Origin: Micavibrio sp. UBA6147
Lineage (GTDB): Bacteria > Pseudomonadota > Alphaproteobacteria > Micavibrionales > UBA1664
Length of the DNA: 64,000 nt
Reading direction: 5' to 3'
NCBI GenBank assembly: GCA_002423185.1
Contig: DIUX01000002.1
Coordinates: 900,229-964,228, forward strand
Within the stretch, counting starts at the first letter, position 1; every line of letters begins with the position of its first letter. Below the pieces are notes generated by a model. It saw only the letters and a program-made list of their open reading frames with translations. It was not told where the DNA came from and did no database searches. Shown here one piece after another: positions 8,686 through 16,101 of the stretch. The position numbers and the translations under genes are program-made.

Positions 8686-9807
8686 TTATGTGCCGGAAAT
8701 CAACAAGCCATATTGCTGCGCAATTTTGCTCAGGCCGCCGCTTGATGTTTCGCCGATGGCAAGAAAGCACCATTTATTCCCGATACGCGTTAATTCGCCG
8801 AACTTCAGGCATGTTCCTTCCGAAAAATCTTCAGACAGGTTAAACCGCGCCAATTCGGTTTTGGTTTCTTGGTTTAAAAATCGGATATAGGCGTTTTTGA
8901 CGCTGCCGAAATTTTGTTCCAGCTCATCGCCTTGATAAATCGTGACGGTGAAAACAATCTTGTAAATATCATACGGCAAGGCCTCAAGATCGATGGTGAT
9001 AATCTCGTCATCGCCTTCGCCGGCGCCGTCACGACTGTCACCGCTGTGCTTGACGGCAAGGTCTGCGCCTGTGGGGTTGTTGTAAAACACAAAATCGGCA
9101 TCGACACGGGTTTGGTCGTTTTTGTTGAGGATGAAACAACTCAAATCAAGGTCAAGCGGGGCTCCCTCAAACTGAACCATATCCCATCCGGCACCGACCA
9201 GAATTTTGCGCAGGCCGGCGTCTTTGCTGCTCAATTCGCTTTCTTCACCGCGGCTCAATTCGTCTGCGATGATTTCTTCTTCTTCGTTTTCATCGCCGAA
9301 CAAGACCCGTTCATCGGCCAAGGCGGCCATGTCATCGACCGGTTGGCGTGATCGTGACGTGCCCTCCGGACGGGGAGATTCCGGATTGCTGTCACCGTCG
9401 CTGTCGGCATTTTGGGTGGAGGAGGCGAGCGGGTTCACAGGCGCGGCGTCTTCGTGGCGCGGTCTTTGTTGAACGGGGATGCCCTCTTCGTCACTGAGGT
9501 TAATGTCTGACGGCAATGTCGCGGATAATTCGGCGAGTTCCTTGGCGCTCAGGCGGCGTTTCACCGGTTTTTGGATATTGTCGTCAAATACGGGGTCGGG
9601 AATTTCGCCACCCATTTTGATCGGGCGGTCGTCAAACACGGGGTCGGGAACCTCACCAAACGCGGTGTCTGCGCCTCCGGTATTCTTAAATACAGGCTGG
9701 GGAATGTCGTCCTCTTTTGAGGCGGATACGGCGTCTTTTTCGGGCGCGTTTTTGAGCGTATCTTTGGTTGGCTCATCCGCCTCGGCACCGGTTTTTTTAT
9801 CGCTCAT
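8686..9807 (-). CDS. TerD-domain protein with ~190-aa acidic, repeat-bearing N-terminal extension
   Basis: The C-terminal 180 aa match the TerD pattern: LVGAGWD..., FVFYNN, the acidic loop HSGDSRDGAGEGDDE, and GNKWCFLAIGE. ATG at 9807. Confidence 0.85.
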   Translation of the reverse strand: MSDKKTGAEADEPTKDTLKNAPEKDAVSASKEDDIPQPVFKNTGGADTAFGEVPDPVFDDRPIKMGGEIPDPVFDDNIQKPVKRRLSAKELAELSATLPSDINLSDEEGIPVQQRPRHEDAAPVNPLASSTQNADSDGDSNPESPRPEGTSRSRQPVDDMAALADERVLFGDENEEEEIIADELSRGEESELSSKDAGLRKILVGAGWDMVQFEGAPLDLDLSCFILNKNDQTRVDADFVFYNNPTGADLAVKHSGDSRDGAGEGDDEIITIDLEALPYDIYKIVFTVTIYQGDELEQNFGSVKNAYIRFLNQETKTELARFNLSEDFSEGTCLKFGELTRIGNKWCFLAIGETSSGGLSKIAQQYGLLISGT

Positions 9808-9820
9808 CCTGATGACCCTG

Positions 9821-9847
9821 TCGTTATAGGTTTTTCGTTATAGGTTT
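9821..9847. repeat. tandem direct repeat, 2 x TCGTTATAGGTTT with period 14
   Basis: Copies read directly at 9821-9833 and 9835-9847. They lie 14-40 nt upstream of the TerD start codon at 9807. Confidence 0.8.
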
Positions 9848-9921
9848 GTTGTTCTGGTTATGGATTGTCTTTGGTCGCCCGTGGTTCACATCATTAAAAA
9901 TGCCTGATCCTAGGCCGCAGA

Positions 9922-10965
9922 TCAAGTGTTCATCAAGGCCATGGCGCCGATATAGGCCGCATATCCGGCAAGGAAAATCCCGCCCGTAACGCGTGAAAAT
10001 TGACCTGGACGGATAACCAGCACGCAAAACAACGCGGCAACGCCGAGCATGACCCACATATCGAAATGGATCATCTGCGGCGGCAACTCCTTTGCAGAAA
10101 TCGGGTTGATTATGGCGGTTGCGCCCAAAATCATCATGATGTTAAAGACGTTTGATCCGATGACATTGCCCAAAACAATGTCACCCTGCTTTTTCAAGGC
10201 AGCGATGATGGATGTCGATAATTCCGGCAAAGACGTGCCCACCGCAATCACGGTCAACCCGACAATGGCGTCCGGCACGTTCAAAATGGCGGCGCTGGTA
10301 ATCGCGCCGCGCACCATAAGATCGGCACCGAAGGCAAGGCCGATAATTCCGCAAACAACAAATAAGGCGGCAATCCATACCGATTTAAAAACCGGCATGT
10401 CGTTTTCATCCGTTTGCGCATGATGGGGGTGCATGACGGGCGCAAGGCTGCCCTCTTCTTGCACGACCGTGGCTATGACGGTGTCCTGCGGGGCGGTTTT
10501 TGATCGTTGATATTGCAAAAAAACATAACCGATCAAGGTCAGTATCATCAAAACACCGGTCATCGCACCGATCACACCATACAACAACAAACACACGCAT
10601 AATGTCGAGGCGAGCATCATCTTGCCCATATCAAGGGCGAGTTTCTTGCGGTTGGCGACCAAAGTGCGGCACACCGCCCCCGCCCCGATGACGAGCAAGA
10701 TATTCGCGATATTCGACCCGATTACATTGCCCACGGCGATGCCGGGCGACCCTTTTAAACTCGCATTCACCGACACGATCAATTCCGGCAAAGATGTGCC
10801 AAAGGCAACAATCGTGAACCCGACAAGCAGCATCGAAATACCGGCCTTGCGGGCAATGAAGACCGCGCCGTCAACAATCCAATCGCCGCAGCGGATAAGG
10901 ATCAACATCCCCAAAACAACGGTCGAGAGCGCAAAAACAAGCAAAGCATTGTCTGAAATGTCCAT
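9922..10965 (-). CDS. Ca2+/cation antiporter, CaCA family (YrbG/NCX type)
   Basis: Two alpha-repeats: GTSLPELIVSVNASLKGSPGIAVGNVIGSNIANIL and GTSLPELSTSIIAALKKQGDIVLGNVIGSNVFNIM. About 10 hydrophobic segments. Confidence 0.9.
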   Translation of the reverse strand: MDISDNALLVFALSTVVLGMLILIRCGDWIVDGAVFIARKAGISMLLVGFTIVAFGTSLPELIVSVNASLKGSPGIAVGNVIGSNIANILLVIGAGAVCRTLVANRKKLALDMGKMMLASTLCVCLLLYGVIGAMTGVLMILTLIGYVFLQYQRSKTAPQDTVIATVVQEEGSLAPVMHPHHAQTDENDMPVFKSVWIAALFVVCGIIGLAFGADLMVRGAITSAAILNVPDAIVGLTVIAVGTSLPELSTSIIAALKKQGDIVLGNVIGSNVFNIMMILGATAIINPISAKELPPQMIHFDMWVMLGVAALFCVLVIRPGQFSRVTGGIFLAGYAAYIGAMALMNT

Positions 10966-11089
10966 AATATGGCGGGCTTTCTGTATTTTAACTGTTGGAC
11001 GCAGCCGTTCTGAAGCGGCGCGGTATTCATATCATTTGCCCTCAAAACGGGCAAGGCCGGCGTTTATTTTTTGCGCCTGTTTTGGGTGC

Positions 11090-11833
11090 TTATTTCTTGT
11101 GTCCGTCGCCCCACTCGATCCCGAATCCAAAGGCGCGATCCATGGCGGCATGGTCGTGGAAATATTCGGTGTGGTTGGTGATGGTCAATCCGCCGCGCGT
11201 ATTTTCGATTTTCGCCAGCGCCACAATATTCACATCGTCACGGTGCGTTGTCGGGGTAATACGAACGGGCATCTCGCCGCTCATGGCAATGCTCAAATTG
11301 GGCTGAATCTGATGCCATTGTGTTGGTCCGCGATAGATATAGCAATACACCAAGACGCGCTCAATCTCGCCCCATTTCGGGCCATTGATGCGCAGGACTT
11401 CATCGTCGCCCTCGGCATCACCGGTGCGTTCATCGCCGCTCAGGGCGATAAACGGCGCAGTGTTATAATCGCCGAATTTTTCACCGAAAGATTGAAGGCA
11501 TCCGCGCTCACCATTCTTGAGCTCGTACAAACACCCAAGGTCAAGATCAACCCCGACTTGCAGGGCTTTTTTAAGCAAACGGTCAAAGAATCCGGCCTTT
11601 TCGGTGACGACATTATTCCATGATAACCCGATATGGATCGGACCAAAGCCGTTTTCGGGTGCGTTGACGGCCTTTGTTTGTCCGGCCTCGGACAAGGATT
11701 CACAATCGCCCATGCCGATAGTGCGGCCTTCGCGGTATCCGGCGGAGCCGATGGCATCCCCATGGCCGGAATATTCGGCGCGGCTGCGCGTGGCTTCGCG
11801 CAAGGAATCGGAAGAAAGTTTATCGCGGGACAT
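11090..11833 (-). CDS. TerD/TerA-like domain protein
   Basis: TerD-like pattern IHIGLSWN, LDLGCLYEL, the acidic loop LSGDERTGDAEGDDE, and ERVLVYCYIY. I chose the ATG at 11833 because GAGGA lies 8 nt upstream. The track start at 11848 is an alternative. Confidence 0.75.
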   Translation of the reverse strand: MSRDKLSSDSLREATRSRAEYSGHGDAIGSAGYREGRTIGMGDCESLSEAGQTKAVNAPENGFGPIHIGLSWNNVVTEKAGFFDRLLKKALQVGVDLDLGCLYELKNGERGCLQSFGEKFGDYNTAPFIALSGDERTGDAEGDDEVLRINGPKWGEIERVLVYCYIYRGPTQWHQIQPNLSIAMSGEMPVRITPTTHRDDVNIVALAKIENTRGGLTITNHTEYFHDHAAMDRAFGFGIEWGDGHKK

Positions 11834-12083
11834 AGTGCGTATCCTCATAACGGTTGACGGTTAGGGCATTGTCATGCTCGTTTATCTGTTACGGCTGTTT
11901 GGGGCGTGCCAAAAAGGGTAGGCGTGAAGCCGGAGCCTGAAACAGCCAAACAGCCATGCCGCGCGGTTTGGTATTGGACGCTGTAGCCGAATTGCGGTAC
12001 AGTAACTATGGCGCGTCAGGCGGGTTCATCATGCCATAAGCCGCGCCCTATAACCAGCGTTAATCACCATCAGAAAGCCGACC

Positions 12084-13517
12084 ATGAATAATTTGCTCAG
12101 CGCCCAAGACCTGTTCGAAAACCGCCTCGGCCTCGACATGGACAAGGCGCAAACCCTCATCCGTCAAGCCCTGCACGGCGCCGATGACGGCGAATTATTC
12201 TTGGAATATGAATTGTCGGAGGTTTTATCGCGCGATGACGGGCGGCTTAAAAATGCCTCGTTCAACACGCATCACGGCTTTGGCTTGCGTGCCGTATCGG
12301 GCGAATTTGCGGGCTATGCCCATTCAGGCGAAGTGTCGCTGGACGCCCTGCGCCGTGCCTGCGGCACGATTGAATCGGTGATGAAAGGCCGCAGCGGCGA
12401 ACTCGCCTTACCCCCATCACGCACGAATGCGAGCCTGTACATCCCCGACAACCCGATTGACAGCGTGTCGTTCGAAGACAAAATCGCCTTTCTCGACAAA
12501 ATCGAAACTTACATCAAGGCCAAAGACAGTACGGTCAAACAAGTGTCTTGCTCGCTCTCCGGCTCGTGGCAAGTCGTCACGATCATCCGCGCCGATGGGT
12601 TTATCACGGCGGATTTGCGGCCTTTGGTACGGCTTGATATTTCCGTCACGGTCGATAAAAACGGACGGATGGAATCTGGTTTTGAGGGCGCAGGTGGCCG
12701 CCGTTTATACAGTGAATTTTTGGTCGAAGACACATGGAAAACCATGGCGGATGAAGCCTTACGCCAAGCCCATGTGAATGTTGAGGCGATTGATGCACCG
12801 GCGGGGCAAATGGATGTTGTCCTTGGCGCCGGATGGCCAGGGGTGATGTTGCATGAAGCGGTCGGTCACGGCTTGGAAGGCGACTTTAACCGCAAAGGTA
12901 CCTCGGTCTTTTCCGAATTAATGGGCGAAATGGTGGCCTCCGAAGGGGTCACGGTGGTTGATGATGGCACACTCGAAGGTCGCCGTGGGTCGATCACGAT
13001 TGACGATGAAGGCACGCCCTCGGCGCGCAATGTCCTGATCGAAAACGGGCGGCTCGTTGGCTTGATGCAAGACCGTCAAAATGCGCGTTTGATGGGGGCG
13101 CGTCCAACGGGGAACGGGCGGCGCGAAAGCTATGCCCACAAACCCATGCCGCGCATGACCAATACCTATATGCTCGGCGGCGCCCACGACCCGCAAGAGA
13201 TTATTTCCAGCGTTAAAAAAGGCCTCTATGCCGTGAATTTCGGCGGCGGTCAGGTTGACATTACATCGGGTCAGTTTGTGTTCAGCGCGTCCGAAGCCTA
13301 CCTCATCGAAAACGGCAAAATAGGCGCGCCAGTCAAGGGCGCCACCTTGATTGGCAAAGGCGCAGACTCGCTCAAGAAAATCCGCATGATCGGCAATGAT
13401 ATGGCGCTGGACAAAGGCGTGGGCATATGCGGCAAAGACGGCCAAAGCGTTCCCGTCGGCGTCGGGCAACCAACACTCCTCATGGACTCCGTCACCGTCG
13501 GTGGAACGCAGGCGTAA
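12084..13517 (+). CDS. tldD: metalloprotease TldD
   Basis: HEAVGHGLEGD motif, 477-aa length, and the GxC...GxP C-terminal pattern of the TldD/PmbA family. Confidence 0.92.
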   Translation: MNNLLSAQDLFENRLGLDMDKAQTLIRQALHGADDGELFLEYELSEVLSRDDGRLKNASFNTHHGFGLRAVSGEFAGYAHSGEVSLDALRRACGTIESVMKGRSGELALPPSRTNASLYIPDNPIDSVSFEDKIAFLDKIETYIKAKDSTVKQVSCSLSGSWQVVTIIRADGFITADLRPLVRLDISVTVDKNGRMESGFEGAGGRRLYSEFLVEDTWKTMADEALRQAHVNVEAIDAPAGQMDVVLGAGWPGVMLHEAVGHGLEGDFNRKGTSVFSELMGEMVASEGVTVVDDGTLEGRRGSITIDDEGTPSARNVLIENGRLVGLMQDRQNARLMGARPTGNGRRESYAHKPMPRMTNTYMLGGAHDPQEIISSVKKGLYAVNFGGGQVDITSGQFVFSASEAYLIENGKIGAPVKGATLIGKGADSLKKIRMIGNDMALDKGVGICGKDGQSVPVGVGQPTLLMDSVTVGGTQA

Positions 13518-13530
13518 AGACACGCCCCAT

Positions 13531-14322
13531 TCATGCCTTGCGGATGGCGGCGCTTAAAACGGCAATCCCCGCCACGGCGGCGGTTTCGGCGCGCAGGATG
13601 GTTACCCCTAAATTCACCGCGACCACGCCGGAATGGGCTTGCAGCAGGTCTTTTTCGGCCTGCGAAAACCCGCCTTCCGGCCCGATCAGGAAGGCCAGCC
13701 GATCAAGCTGCGAATACCGCGCCGCAACCTCCAAAATCGGGGCTGCATCAACGCGCTCAAGCGCCGCAAAAACGGGTTGGTCGGGGTGGTGTCCCGTCCA
13801 TCGCCCGATCCATTGAGTGAGGGGGAGCAGCGGGTGCAAAACGGGAATGTCCATCCGTTCGCATTGCTCGGCGGCTTCGACCATTTGCGCGGTGACGCGT
13901 TCGTCGTTGACTTTGCGCACCGACGAAAACTCGGTCGTCAAGGGCTGTAGGGCGTGAACGCCGAGTTCAACGGCTTTCTCAACCAACACATCCATGCGGT
14001 CTTTGGGCAAGGGCGAAAACGCCAAGGTAATGCGCGGGCTTTGAGGCGGCGAAACGTTCGCGCCATCCTCCGCTCCGCTCGCCTCAATCCCGTCGCGAAG
14101 CTGGGTTTCAACCGCGCCGGAGAGTGATTTTTTGCCGATCTCTGCAATCCGTGCCGCCCATTCCCCGTCTTGCGGGTTGAACAGGCGCACAATATCACCT
14201 ACGCCTTTACGCATGACGTTCTTCAAATAGTGATGCTGTGCCCCCTCAAGGGTAAAGCCGCCGCCTAGGCCAAGGGGCTGCGGATAATACAGGCGGGGTG
14301 CTTTATAAAAGGCTTGATCCAT
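13531..14322 (-). CDS. rsmE: 16S rRNA (uracil1498-N3)-methyltransferase
   Basis: The N-terminal PRLYYPQPL and the C-terminal LIGPEGGFSQAE ... ILRAETAA motifs are characteristic of RsmE. Confidence 0.88.
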   Translation of the reverse strand: MDQAFYKAPRLYYPQPLGLGGGFTLEGAQHHYLKNVMRKGVGDIVRLFNPQDGEWAARIAEIGKKSLSGAVETQLRDGIEASGAEDGANVSPPQSPRITLAFSPLPKDRMDVLVEKAVELGVHALQPLTTEFSSVRKVNDERVTAQMVEAAEQCERMDIPVLHPLLPLTQWIGRWTGHHPDQPVFAALERVDAAPILEVAARYSQLDRLAFLIGPEGGFSQAEKDLLQAHSGVVAVNLGVTILRAETAAVAGIAVLSAAIRKA

Positions 14323-14336
14323 GCTACGACTTCTCT

Positions 14337-15275
14337 ATGACGGAAGACAATAAAAACGCCTATACCGATATCACAGTTCCGCGCTGGCTGGAACCCTTGC
14401 CGGTGCCTGTTGTGCGGCGGGTGATGCCGTATGTGTCGTTGATGCGGCTTGACCGGCCGATCGGGACGTGGCTTTTGCTCCTCCCCGCCCTGTGGGCGAT
14501 TGTGATGGCGGCGGGCGGGTTTATGGCGCTCACGGGGCGCGAATATGGGTTTATGGCGTTGTTTTGCATCGGCGCGGTGGTGATGCGTGGGGCGGGCTGT
14601 GTCGTCAATGATTTATGGGATCGCGAAATAGACAGGAAAGTGGAGCGCACCGCCAGCAGGCCGCTCGCCAGCGGTGCGGTATCTCCCCGCCAAGCCTTGA
14701 TATTCCTTGCGGCACTGCTCATGCTTGGCCTTGCTGTTTTGTTGCAGTTATCCCCGTTGGCGATTGGCCTTGGGGTGTTGTCTTTGGCGTTTGTGGCGGT
14801 CTATCCGTTGATGAAACGTTGGACATGGTGGCCGCAGCTTTTTCTGGGGTTCACGTTTAATTTCGGGGCGCTGATGGGCTGGGCGGCGGTGGGCAACAAC
14901 CTCGATTGGGCGGCGCTTTTGCTCTATGCCGGTGGCATATTCTGGACGCTTGGCTACGACACGATTTACGCGGCGCAGGATGTGGACGATGACGCGCTGG
15001 TCGGGGTGCGTTCAACCACGCGGCTTTTTGCGGAAAACAGCCGCCGTTATGTCGGATTATTTTATGCCGCCGCGGTTGTGCTGTGGCTTGTTTGCGGTGC
15101 TTTGTGGAATGCCGCGCCGTTGTTTTATGCCGCCATGGCGCTCGTCGCGGCGCATTTCATCTGGCAAGTATGGCGCTGGGATTGGCGCGACCGCGCCTTG
15201 TCGTTGCGCCTGTTCCGCTCCAACCGCGACCTTGGGTTGTTGATGCTTTTTGCTTGCGGATTAGTTGCTCTGTAA
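14337..15275 (+). CDS. ubiA: 4-hydroxybenzoate polyprenyltransferase
   Basis: Asp-rich prenyltransferase motifs NDLWDREIDRKVERTASRPLASG and YAAQDVDDD in a polytopic protein. ATG at 14337. A GTG at 14298 would overlap the rsmE 5' end. Confidence 0.9.
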   Translation: MTEDNKNAYTDITVPRWLEPLPVPVVRRVMPYVSLMRLDRPIGTWLLLLPALWAIVMAAGGFMALTGREYGFMALFCIGAVVMRGAGCVVNDLWDREIDRKVERTASRPLASGAVSPRQALIFLAALLMLGLAVLLQLSPLAIGLGVLSLAFVAVYPLMKRWTWWPQLFLGFTFNFGALMGWAAVGNNLDWAALLLYAGGIFWTLGYDTIYAAQDVDDDALVGVRSTTRLFAENSRRYVGLFYAAAVVLWLVCGALWNAAPLFYAAMALVAAHFIWQVWRWDWRDRALSLRLFRSNRDLGLLMLFACGLVAL

Positions 15276-15347
15276 GCCTTGACAGTCATCCTGTTTTTCA
15301 GTGTAATAGTCATAAGATTATAATAAAAGAAATGCAGGGACATTCAG

Positions 15348-15917
15348 ATGAGCAATATTGCAAGCACGATCAAAATGAGCAACGAATTCCATAAATTGGC
15401 GCAGGAAACCCTCGCCAATGCCTTCGAAAATGCGGCTCGTATGGTGCATTTGCGCGTTATTTTTCACCGCCCCGACAGCCCCTCGCTGGTTCAGGAATTC
15501 ACATGGGGGACGGAGGATTTGCTCATCCCCGCGATGCGCTTGATCGACCGGATTAACATGAGCAAAAAAGGCTTTGACGGCGCCAAAGGCGCGTTCAGCC
15601 TCGAAACCGCGATTACGGAGCTGGAAGACCTGATCGGTGATGTCAAAGCCGACATCGAAGCCGCACGCAAACTCCCGGCCGAATTTGATCTCAGCTTTAA
15701 ACACACGCCGTTCCGCGAACATGTGTTGATGATTAAATCCGTGCCGTTTGCGAAGGCGCAAAACTTTTTGCGTCACTGGCATGACACGCTCGAAGACCGT
15801 AAAACCGGCGCGGGCTTGCTGAACACCGTCACCATCACGCACACGCCATTGCCGCAAATCGGCTCTGACGCCCTGCGCCGCCGCATCGTCACCCCCGCCA
15901 GCCGCCACCTGCACTAA
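15348..15917 (+). CDS. hypothetical protein (189 aa), no recognisable domain
   Basis: ATG with AGGGA upstream, followed by a clean intrinsic terminator on the same strand. The 198-aa ORF on the opposite strand looks like a shadow. Confidence 0.6.
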   Translation: MSNIASTIKMSNEFHKLAQETLANAFENAARMVHLRVIFHRPDSPSLVQEFTWGTEDLLIPAMRLIDRINMSKKGFDGAKGAFSLETAITELEDLIGDVKADIEAARKLPAEFDLSFKHTPFREHVLMIKSVPFAKAQNFLRHWHDTLEDRKTGAGLLNTVTITHTPLPQIGSDALRRRIVTPASRHLH

Positions 15918-15942
15918 GCAAAGCGCAGCGCACGATGTATAA

Positions 15943-15977
15943 AGAGCCGCGATGAGCGGCTCTTTCGTTTTTGTTTT
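15943..15977 (+). terminator. rho-independent terminator
   Basis: Stem AGAGCCGC (15943-15950), loop GATGA, stem GCGGCTCT (15956-15963), then TTCGTTTTTGTTTT. Confidence 0.7.
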
Positions 15978-16101
15978 GACGGTTTTTCAAGCCTGACGCA
16001 ACCATCCCATAATGCAGCGCCCTCTCCCCCACCGACCGCGTGCAGGGGCGTTCCCCTGCAAAAGAAAATCAACCCGACAAAAAACAGAGCGGCTTTTCCG
16101 C

